64,000 nucleotides of DNA. Origin: an uncultured bacterium (GTDB lineage: Bacteria > Bacillota_I > Bacilli_A > RFN20 > CAG-826). Positions 1 to 7,602 of the stretch are shown piece after piece (the stretch's first letter is position 1; each line of letters starts with the position of its first letter). A model generated the notes under the pieces. That model searched no databases, had not been told where the DNA came from, and saw only the letters and a program-made list of their open reading frames with translations. The stretch spans positions 137 through 64,136 of the forward strand of contig CASGAB010000003.1 in NCBI GenBank assembly GCA_949299395.1, written 5' to 3'. The position numbers and the translations under genes are program-made.

Positions 1-678
1 TCTTTATTTGCTATTTCTTTATTAGTTTCTTGTGGAACAACTAATAATGGTGAAAATAATAACAATGGAGATAATAATGGAGGAGAAGTAGAAAATCCAG
101 ATAATCCAACTGATCCTGATGAACCAACTGATCCAGAAGAACCTACTAATCCAGAAGAACCTACTAATCCTGTTGATCCTGAATTAAGTGAAAATAAGGT
201 CTTAATTGCTTATTTTACTAGAACCGGGGAAAGCTATAATGGGGATGTAATTACTAAAGGACATGTTGAAATTTTTAGTGAATATATTAATGAATTAATT
301 AATGATTCAACTTTATATAAAATTAACCCTACCGAAGAATATCCTTATTCTTATGAGGAAACAATTGAAAGAGCTAGAGAAGAAAGAAGTAATGATGCTA
401 GACCAACTATTGATGGATTAATTGAATCCATCAATGAATATAAATATATATTTGTAGGCTATCCAATTTGGAATGGTGTTGCTCCTCAAATTATTAAAAC
501 TTTCTTAGATAGTTTTGATTTTAGTGAAAAGACAATTATTCCTTTTGCAACTAGTGGATCTTCTTCTATTTCTTCTAGTATTAATGAATTAAGAAATACT
601 TATTCTTCATATAATTTTTTAGATGGATTAAGAATTACAGATTCAAGAATCAATAATGAAAGTAGTGCTAAAGAATAA
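1..678 (+). CDS. Flavodoxin-like lipoprotein (5' partial; window starts inside the signal peptide)
   Basis: Frame 1 reads SLFAISLLVSC|GTT, a lipobox. A PTDPEE-type tandem repeat linker follows, then a flavodoxin-like fold (IAYFTRTGESYNG...GYPIWNGVAPQ...PFATSGSS). Stop TAA at 676-678. Confidence 0.6.
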   Translation, partial: SLFAISLLVSCGTTNNGENNNNGDNNGGEVENPDNPTDPDEPTDPEEPTNPEEPTNPVDPELSENKVLIAYFTRTGESYNGDVITKGHVEIFSEYINELINDSTLYKINPTEEYPYSYEETIERAREERSNDARPTIDGLIESINEYKYIFVGYPIWNGVAPQIIKTFLDSFDFSEKTIIPFATSGSSSISSSINELRNTYSSYNFLDGLRITDSRINNESSAKE

Positions 679-738
679 ATAACTACTTGGTTAGATTCTC
701 TTAATTTAGATTTTAATAGTAGTGAAGGAGATAATGAT

Positions 739-1113
739 ATGATAGAAAATATTGAATATATTTATTTTTATATTAACGATAAAAAAGTAAGTATTACTTT
801 AAATAAAGATAATCTTACTACTTTAGATTTATTATCTTATCTTCCTTTAACTATATCTTTTAGTGATTTTAATAATACTGAAAAGATTGGTTATCTTCCT
901 AATAAATTAAAAGTAGATGATAATAGTAGAGGAAGTGAAGCAAATAAGGGTATGTTAAATTATTATATTCCTTGGGGCAATTTATGTTTCTTTTATAAAG
1001 ATTATTCTTATAGTAGTTCGTTAGTTAATATTGGAAAATTAACTAACGATAATGATTTATCTTTATTAAGTAATATAAGTGATAATACATCTATAAGAAT
1101 AGATGTTAAGTAA
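739..1113 (+). CDS. Cyclophilin-like superfamily small protein, often paired with flavodoxin genes
   Basis: GGAG ribosome-binding site 9 nt upstream. The motif YYIPWGNLCFFYKDY resembles cyclophilin-like-fold proteins found next to flavodoxins in gut Firmicutes. Assigned by similarity recall only. Confidence 0.4.
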   Translation: MIENIEYIYFYINDKKVSITLNKDNLTTLDLLSYLPLTISFSDFNNTEKIGYLPNKLKVDDNSRGSEANKGMLNYYIPWGNLCFFYKDYSYSSSLVNIGKLTNDNDLSLLSNISDNTSIRIDVK

Positions 1114-1117
1114 TTAT

Positions 1118-1150
1118 AAAACCTGCATCAAATGTAGGTTTTATCTTATT
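1118..1150 (+). terminator. Intrinsic terminator after the cyclophilin-like gene
   Basis: AAACCTGCA-tcaaa-TGTAGGTTT hairpin (9 bp, one G-U) followed by a T-rich tract. Confidence 0.6.
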
Positions 1151-1270
1151 AATATAGATATATCAAATATTAAGATAATATTAATTTTTAATTAAAATTG
1201 AATAAAATTGATTACTCGTAGCATGTTACTTTATGTAACTGGCATAAAGGGTCAGGCACTGAGTTCCTTT

Positions 1271-1319
1271 TATTAATAAGGTGAGAATTTTTTGCCCAAA
1301 AATTCTCACCTTATTAATA
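1271..1319. repeat. Perfect 21-bp inverted repeat (tattaataaggtgagaatttt / aaaattctcaccttattaata) with a 7-nt loop
   Basis: Read directly from the sequence. It sits in a 270-bp intergenic region upstream of the NUDIX gene and has no canonical U-tract after it. Confidence 0.7.
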
Positions 1320-1413
1320 TTAGTTCGTGGGGAAAATTTAAAATTGCAGTTCAAGCTAGATTTATTAAAAATATTTGCTAATATTTATAAAGTTAAATTA
1401 AAGGATAAAAATT

Positions 1414-1821
1414 ATGAAAACTATTAATGTTGTTGCAGCTGCAATTATTCATGATAATAAATTACTTTTAACCGAAAGAGGTTATGGTAATTTTAAAGAT
1501 AAATGGGAATTTCCTGGTGGAAAAATTGAAGAAAACGAAACCATGGAAGATGCAATTATTAGAGAAATCAAAGAAGAACTTGATGCAAAAATTACTCCAA
1601 AAAAATATTTATGCAAAGTTGAATATGATTATGGAAATTTCTATTTAATAATGAATGTTTTTATTTGTTCACTCGATTCAGAAAATCTTAATTTTAAAGA
1701 ACATGAAGCAGCTAAATGGATCGACTTAAAAAAACTCGATAGCGATGTATCGAGTTTAGATTTATTACCTGCAGATGTTTTGGTTATACCATATTTAAAA
1801 GATTACTTAAAAAATAATTAA
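1414..1821 (+). CDS. NUDIX hydrolase (MutT-like nucleoside triphosphate pyrophosphohydrolase)
   Basis: Nudix box GGKIEENETMEDAIIREIKEELD (GX5EX7REUXEEXGU). AAGGA ribosome-binding site. The 3' end overlaps the convergent helicase gene by 4 nt. Confidence 0.8.
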   Translation: MKTINVVAAAIIHDNKLLLTERGYGNFKDKWEFPGGKIEENETMEDAIIREIKEELDAKITPKKYLCKVEYDYGNFYLIMNVFICSLDSENLNFKEHEAAKWIDLKKLDSDVSSLDLLPADVLVIPYLKDYLKNN

Positions 1822-4667
1822 TCATCGGTATCTAAAGTTAAATATTCATAAATATCTTGTCTTACTTCCTCATCTAGAAGAAGTTTAAAATGGACAAGAT
1901 TTTTATTTGTTTCAGTATCAAAAAAATTTTCTTTCTCAATAATTTTTGCTTCGCCTAAATAATAGAACCCTTCATCTTTAATTAACCTAAGATTTGATTT
2001 TTGAACAAAGATTCTTATTTTGCAAGTTCCGTTTTGAGCTAAACTAATTAATTTTTTAATTTCATTTGAATCAAGAGTTAAATTTGATCTTGATGACCAA
2101 TTTAAAAAGGATGGTGTAATAAATTTATCATGATATTTAATATCGTTTTGTTGTTTAGCATAATTAATAAAAATTGGGATAATTCCTTCTTTTTCTTTAA
2201 CTCTATATCCATAAATTGTGTTCGTATCGCCTCTATTAAGATTTGCGATTCGTGAAACATCGCCTCTTGAATATTTTTCAAATAAAACAAAGCTATTCGA
2301 TGAATTATAAATTTCTCTATTTGCTTTATGGGCATAACTTAAATTATCTTTTAGATATTTTATAAAAGTTTGATTATTGCAAATTTCATTAAGATCATTT
2401 GTTGGAATTATTCTAGTTTTTGACTCATCAGCAAACATTCCAAATTTCCACTTAATTTTTGTATCAAATGTATGCATTTCTAAAAAGTCTTGAATTCGAT
2501 CTTTTATGTAATCAGCTTTTTCATCTGGTTTAAGATAATATTGGCCTTTAAAAACAAGATCTTCAATAAGCTCTATATCGCATTTACGTTTTCCGTCAAA
2601 ACAATATTTAGAAAGATACATTAAGATTGACCTTTCTTTATTGTTAAGCATTTTTTCTGATGAAAAATCAATTTCATTTTTTGAAATCAAAAATTCATAA
2701 TAAGATTTATAGATTTGGTCATCTAAAAAAACGTTAACAGGAGTAGTTGCATATGTATCTAGCTCGATTAAAGTAGGAATATGATTTAATCTATTTTTTA
2801 TATCAAGATAAGATGAATAAATTTCTTTTTTACTATTTAATGTTGCATTATTAATGGATTTAAAAATATTTTCCTTAGCAATTTTATCAAATGCTATATT
2901 CGATAAACCTGGCATTATTTGTCTTGTAGCTCTAACAGCGTTTCCTTTATTCCAACTATCTTTGTTAAAAGCTTTAACAATATTAAAGTTTTTCTCATAA
3001 TTTCCAATAAAGTCGAGAACAACAACATAATCTTTATTTTCATATTTTCTTAACCCTCTTCCTAATTGTTGTAAGAAAACAATTGATGATTCAGTTGGTC
3101 TTAATAAAATTATTTGATTAACAGAAGGTATATCAACGCCTTCATTTAAAATATCTCTTGAAACAATAAAATCTAATGCGTTTTCATTATCTTCATCTTG
3201 TTCAAGTCTATTAATTGCATCTTCTCTAGTCTCAATACTATCAGCACCAGATAAAAATACTGAACGTTTTCCCGCAAGATTTAGTTTTCTTGATATTTCT
3301 GCACCAACTTCAACACTATTTGCAAACACTAAACATTTTAATCTATTACCTGAATAGCCGAAGTATTCGCTTTGATATAAGATGTGTTTGATTCTTTCGT
3401 CGCTTGTTAAAAGATTAAAATTAGATTTATCATCAATCGGAATATTATTAACACTTAAATCAGTTATACCAAAATATTTAAAAGGTACTAAGAAATCAAG
3501 ATCAAGAGCTTGCATTAATCTAATTTCATATAAAATATTATGGTCAAAAAGTTCATAAATATTGTAATTATCAGTTCTATCTGGAGTTGCACTCATTCCT
3601 AATAAAAATTTAGGCTCAAAATAATTAACGATATCTTGATAATGGTTTTCTCCGACTCTGTGAACCTCATCTATAATGATCATATCAAACTCATTTTTAT
3701 CAAATTTTAAGAGATTTTCTTTTTTATAAATTGTTGAATATGATGCAAAAATAAAATCAACATTATCAATTTCTTTTTTGGTACCGGAGAAAATAGCCAT
3801 TTTTTTATTTTCATTATGAAAAACTTTTTCGAAGGTTTCTTTTGCTTGATTAAGGATGGTTTCTCTATGAGTAATAAAAAGAAGCTTATTAACTTTAAAA
3901 GGATCAAGTTCTCTACAAGCAAATGCGCTTGCATAAGTTTTACCAGTACCAGTAGCACTAATTAATAATCCCCTTTCACCACCATTACTAATTAATTCAT
4001 TTAAGTTAAAAATAAATTGTTTTTGCATATCGTTTGGCTTAGGAACAACAAAAACTCTATTTTCTTCATTAGTTTTTCGAATGATTAGTTGAGCTTTATA
4101 ATCATCCGTATATTTTTCTAAAACTTCCTCAAGTGGAGTGGCTTTATAAAACATATTATTAAATTCTTTAATAACGCTTGAAATTGCTTTATTTTCAATT
4201 GTTCCTTTAATTAAAGAATTCCATTCTTTGTTAGAATTAATAGCACTGTCTGTTAAATTAGATGAACCGATAATAACGTTATATTGATCACCTTTTCTAA
4301 AAATATAACCTTTTGTATGGAAACCAATCCTGTCTTCTTCTGTTAAATAATACATTTTAGTTTCGATATTTTTACAACCTAAAAGTGTTTTTAAAGCCTT
4401 TGGTTCGCTAAAAGATAAATAATTTGTAGTTAAAACTTTACCCTTTACTCCTCGTTTTTCTGCTTCTTGTAAAGCGAGTTTTAGATTTGTTAAACCACCT
4501 TCTGTAATAAAAGCAACAGAAAAATAGAATTCATCACATTCATCTAAATATTTAATGATGTCTATAGAAACTTTTCTTTGTTTTTCATAGTCGTTATAAA
4601 TAAACTCATTTTGAGCATAATTTACGTGATCTGAATATTCTAAAATTTGAGATTCGAAGTCTTTCAT
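1818..4667 (-). CDS. PLD-like nuclease / SF2 (ResIII-type, DEAH) helicase / C-terminal DUF3427-like region, fused in one polypeptide
   Basis: N-terminus has an HxK(x)4D...GSxN phospholipase-D motif (GFHTKGYIFRKGDQYNVIIGSSNLT). Helicase motifs: Walker A ATGTGKT, DEVHR, SAT, QQLGRGLR. About 300 aa of conserved C-terminal domain. 949 aa. Confidence 0.75.
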   Translation of the reverse strand: MKDFESQILEYSDHVNYAQNEFIYNDYEKQRKVSIDIIKYLDECDEFYFSVAFITEGGLTNLKLALQEAEKRGVKGKVLTTNYLSFSEPKALKTLLGCKNIETKMYYLTEEDRIGFHTKGYIFRKGDQYNVIIGSSNLTDSAINSNKEWNSLIKGTIENKAISSVIKEFNNMFYKATPLEEVLEKYTDDYKAQLIIRKTNEENRVFVVPKPNDMQKQFIFNLNELISNGGERGLLISATGTGKTYASAFACRELDPFKVNKLLFITHRETILNQAKETFEKVFHNENKKMAIFSGTKKEIDNVDFIFASYSTIYKKENLLKFDKNEFDMIIIDEVHRVGENHYQDIVNYFEPKFLLGMSATPDRTDNYNIYELFDHNILYEIRLMQALDLDFLVPFKYFGITDLSVNNIPIDDKSNFNLLTSDERIKHILYQSEYFGYSGNRLKCLVFANSVEVGAEISRKLNLAGKRSVFLSGADSIETREDAINRLEQDEDNENALDFIVSRDILNEGVDIPSVNQIILLRPTESSIVFLQQLGRGLRKYENKDYVVVLDFIGNYEKNFNIVKAFNKDSWNKGNAVRATRQIMPGLSNIAFDKIAKENIFKSINNATLNSKKEIYSSYLDIKNRLNHIPTLIELDTYATTPVNVFLDDQIYKSYYEFLISKNEIDFSSEKMLNNKERSILMYLSKYCFDGKRKCDIELIEDLVFKGQYYLKPDEKADYIKDRIQDFLEMHTFDTKIKWKFGMFADESKTRIIPTNDLNEICNNQTFIKYLKDNLSYAHKANREIYNSSNSFVLFEKYSRGDVSRIANLNRGDTNTIYGYRVKEKEGIIPIFINYAKQQNDIKYHDKFITPSFLNWSSRSNLTLDSNEIKKLISLAQNGTCKIRIFVQKSNLRLIKDEGFYYLGEAKIIEKENFFDTETNKNLVHFKLLLDEEVRQDIYEYLTLDTDD

Positions 4668-4993
4668 ATCTAAAAATAATTATAACAGTGAGATTTTTTT
4701 TAAAGCTATTAACAAAGATAACTAAAAAAAATGTAATTGTGACAACCTATGAACTTAATTAATTTTTTGAGTGTTTTTAGGTATTCCTATTAAAGAAGTA
4801 GTGTGATATAAAATAAATATCTCCTTGTTACAAGAAACTTATAGATTTTGTAGTTTGTTGTGTTTCTTTCATTTTTCGTGGTTTTTCATATTTCAATACA
4901 ATAAAACCATACCTCCTTTCAAAAATATCTATCATTTAAAAATAATAATAAAATGGTAGATATTTTTATTATTAAGTAAAATATGTATTAGTT

Positions 4994-5746
4994 ATGAATA
5001 TTGAAAAAAGAATATATCGTTATTTTATTAATGATAACAGCAATAATCCTTTAGTAATTATCTTTCCAGGAGGAGGATTTTCTTTTGTTGCAAGAAAAGG
5101 AGAGGGAAGTAGTGTTGCTAAAGAATTTAATAAATATGGATATAACGTTATTATTTATGACTATCTAGTTAAAGATAGTTTCATTAACACAATAACTAGT
5201 GTTAATGAATTATTCTTATATTTATTAAGGAATAAAGATAAGAATAATATAAATATTAATAACGGTGTTATTTTAGTAGGATTAAGTGCTGGAGCATATA
5301 CTCTTCTTTCTTATTTTAAAGATAAGAATAATATATTAATTAATAATAAAAATATTGATACAAAAGGAATCTTATTAGGGTATCCTCTTATTTCTATTAA
5401 GAACGATCTTACTCATAAAGGTAGTAAAGATTTTATATTAAAAGGTATTAATAATTATAATGATGATGATAATAATATTAATAGATTATATTCTTTAGAA
5501 GAATATTATGATGATATTAATAATATTTTTAATATTATTAATATCCCTATATTTATATATTCTTTTAAAGATGATCCATTAGTTAGTGTTTATAATTCTA
5601 GAATATTTAATGAATTATTAACTAAATATAAGTCTAATAAATATAAATATATTGAATATGAAGGGAGCTATCATGGAGTAGGAAGTGCTTTTAATACTCC
5701 AGCTCAAGATCGGATTAAAGAAGCTATAGATTTTTTAAATGATTAA
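4994..5746 (+). CDS. Alpha/beta-hydrolase fold esterase/lipase family protein
   Basis: GLSAG (GxSxG) nucleophile elbow. A C-terminal His is present. 250 aa. Confidence 0.6.
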   Translation: MNIEKRIYRYFINDNSNNPLVIIFPGGGFSFVARKGEGSSVAKEFNKYGYNVIIYDYLVKDSFINTITSVNELFLYLLRNKDKNNININNGVILVGLSAGAYTLLSYFKDKNNILINNKNIDTKGILLGYPLISIKNDLTHKGSKDFILKGINNYNDDDNNINRLYSLEEYYDDINNIFNIINIPIFIYSFKDDPLVSVYNSRIFNELLTKYKSNKYKYIEYEGSYHGVGSAFNTPAQDRIKEAIDFLND

Positions 5747-5778
5747 ATAATTAATTAAATATATGCATATAGATATTC

Positions 5779-5815
5779 TCTTTCTGCATATTTTTTTATT
5801 TTTTATGCAGAAAGA
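5779..5815. repeat. 12-bp inverted repeat (tctttctgcata / tatgcagaaaga) with a 13-nt T-rich loop, downstream of the esterase gene
   Basis: Read directly from the sequence. No U-tract follows on either strand, so it is not a canonical terminator. Confidence 0.5.
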
Positions 5816-5866
5816 ACTATATAGAGATAGAAATAAGGGTTAATTTAATTTAAAATCATATAAGTT

Positions 5867-6544
5867 ATGAATATTGGTGTTATTTTAGCAACAGAAAAAG
5901 AATATTCTTCATTTAAGAAAGAATTTAATATAAAAGAAGAAAATAAAATTAACGATTTTCCCTTTGAAATCGTTAATTTTAATTATTTAAATCATAGTGT
6001 ATATGTATTAAATAGTGATATTGGTTTAATTAATGCTAGTAGTAGCGCTCAATATTTAATAGATAAATATAATATAGATTTAATTTTAAATATCGGAGCA
6101 TGTGGAGGATTAACTAGTGATACTCCTAAAAACACAATATTACTCGTTAAAAATGCTTTATATTATGATTTTGATCTTTCTTTAATTGATGGGGTAAAAC
6201 CTGCTCAATATCCAGGTTTTAAAGATGAATTTATTCCTTTAAGTAGAAAATATATTGATCTATTAAGTGAAAAATTAAATCTAAATACTATTAACTGTGC
6301 AAGTGGTGATAAATTTATTGCTGATAAAACTTTAATTAATCATTTAGTAAATGATTTTAAATGTGAAATCTGCGATATGGAAGTAGTAGCCGAAACTTTA
6401 ATAGCTATTAAAAATAAAATTGATATTATTTCAATTAAAATTGTTAGTGATAATGTTGATGCAAATGAATATGAAGAAAATGCTCTTTCATCAAATGAAA
6501 AATTAATGAAAGAAGCTAGAAAAATCTTTGAATTAATTCGATAA
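5867..6544 (+). CDS. mtnN: 5'-methylthioadenosine/S-adenosylhomocysteine nucleosidase family (PNP_UDP_1 fold)
   Basis: Aligns by eye to E. coli Pfs: IGVILATEKE, NIGACGGL, SGDKF, CDMEVVA, KIVSDNVD. 225 aa. Confidence 0.65.
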   Translation: MNIGVILATEKEYSSFKKEFNIKEENKINDFPFEIVNFNYLNHSVYVLNSDIGLINASSSAQYLIDKYNIDLILNIGACGGLTSDTPKNTILLVKNALYYDFDLSLIDGVKPAQYPGFKDEFIPLSRKYIDLLSEKLNLNTINCASGDKFIADKTLINHLVNDFKCEICDMEVVAETLIAIKNKIDIISIKIVSDNVDANEYEENALSSNEKLMKEARKIFELIR

Positions 6545-6582
6545 TTTTATATATAAATAAATACTTAAAAAGTACTAGTTAT

Positions 6583-7008
6583 TTACTTATTAAGTCTTTT
6601 TAATAGATAATCATTCGCTTCTTTTAGAGTTTCTTTATCTAAATCATAGGTAATCTTTTTTATTGCCTCATCAAATGGTCGCCATTCAAAAGATTTGACT
6701 TCATCATCATGATTATCGACTGGAAAAAGGATGTTTTCTTTAGATTCAGCAACAAAAAAGACAACATCTTTAATAATTCCTTCAAAAGGAGAATAAGTTA
6801 TAATTTTTCTAAAATTAGTATCAATATTAACTTCAAGTGAAGTTTCTTCCTTTATTTCTCTAGTTGCAGTTTCTAGCTCTGTTTCATCATCTTCAACATG
6901 CCCTTTACATAAAGAAATATGACCAAAACCCATATGTAAAAGTAGATAATAAATCTCATTATCAACTATTTTATAGATTACGGCACCGCAACTTTTCTCT
7001 TTTTTCAT
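6583..7008 (-). CDS. NUDIX hydrolase
   Basis: Nudix box GHVEDDETELETATREIKEETSL. 141 aa. Confidence 0.75.
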   Translation of the reverse strand: MKKEKSCGAVIYKIVDNEIYYLLLHMGFGHISLCKGHVEDDETELETATREIKEETSLEVNIDTNFRKIITYSPFEGIIKDVVFFVAESKENILFPVDNHDDEVKSFEWRPFDEAIKKITYDLDKETLKEANDYLLKRLNK

Positions 7009-7089
7009 AAAAATTACCTATTTATTCAACATTTTTGTTTGATTTCTTTAAAAATTTATTTTATTATAACGATATCATTTTAACCGAAT

Positions 7090-7117
7090 GATGCCTTATT
7101 AGGCATCTATTTTTTTT
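7090..7117 (+). promoter_or_regulatory. Terminator-like hairpin plus T7 tract in the rimP-nusA-infB leader (candidate attenuator)
   Basis: GATGCC-ttatta-GGCATC stem, then tat+TTTTTTT, directly upstream of the rimP ribosome-binding site GGGGGAG. Confidence 0.45.
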
Positions 7118-7131
7118 GAAGGGGGAGTTAA

Positions 7132-7593
7132 ATGATTGACGTAAATTTAATTAAAGATAAAGTGAAGGCGAAATTAAGCGAAATTTCATATGACCTTTAT
7201 TCAATTAAATCGTATAACGAAAGAGGTGGAAGTATCTTAGAAATCGTTGTTGATCGAGATGAAAATATCGATCTAGATGATATTGTTGAAGTTTCTAATA
7301 CCTTATCAAGTTTACTAGATGAACTTATAATTGATGATACACCTTATACACTTGATGTTTCTTCTCTAGGCGCTGAAAAACCTATTGCCTTAGAAAAGCT
7401 TGATAAATATCAAGGAAAATACGTTAATGTCCATTTATCTCATCCATTTAAAGGTGAAAATACATTAGAAGGAGATTTAAAGGAAGTAAATGATGAGTTC
7501 GTAGTTCTTGCCTTTAAAGTAAAAACTCGAACAGTCGAAGCAAAAGTTAATCGAAAAGATATTGATAGAGCTAGATTAGCAATTAAATTTTAG
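7132..7593 (+). CDS. rimP: Ribosome maturation factor RimP
   Basis: Conserved position upstream of nusA. Typical RimP N-terminal sequence. 153 aa. Confidence 0.8.
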   Translation: MIDVNLIKDKVKAKLSEISYDLYSIKSYNERGGSILEIVVDRDENIDLDDIVEVSNTLSSLLDELIIDDTPYTLDVSSLGAEKPIALEKLDKYQGKYVNVHLSHPFKGENTLEGDLKEVNDEFVVLAFKVKTRTVEAKVNRKDIDRARLAIKF

Positions 7594-7602
7594 GAGAAAA
7601 GT

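Noticed and set aside
2102-2335. Antisense or alternate-frame ORFs inside long genes (2102..2335, 3707..3958, 7959..8219, 8544..8750, 8868..9218, 8897..9103, 9112..9363, 10351..10554, 14789..15016, 16510..16710, 17221..17439, 18129..18329, 19235..19435, 22942..23142, 26821..27045, 33303..33545, 41254..41460, 50006..50188, 51232..51417, 53323..53538, 54185..54442, 54469..54654, 55102..55296, 55139..55405)
   Set aside because: All lie wholly inside well-supported conserved genes in another frame or strand. They have low-complexity, AT-codon-driven composition (poly-K/L/F) and no ribosome-binding site. They are typical spurious ORFs of an AT-rich genome. The KE-repeat DNA of nusA accounts for several of them.
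4895-4920. Strong GAAAGGAGG Shine-Dalgarno on the minus strand followed by a five-codon ORF (MVLLY*)
   Set aside because: The spacing between SD and ATG is 1 nt, which is too short. The ORF is only five codons. It is probably a fortuitous SD-like purine run in the AT-rich spacer, although a leader-peptide role cannot be fully excluded.
5867-6544. PNP_UDP-fold nucleosidase as a defense effector (Detocs/CBASS-like ATP nucleosidase) linked to the nearby helicase
   Set aside because: The protein aligns well to housekeeping Pfs/MtnN (size, IGxIGAMEEE-like N-terminus, GxAGG, SGD, ME..A, SD motifs). It is separated from the helicase by an unrelated esterase and opposite-strand genes. It is most likely SAM-recycling Pfs.
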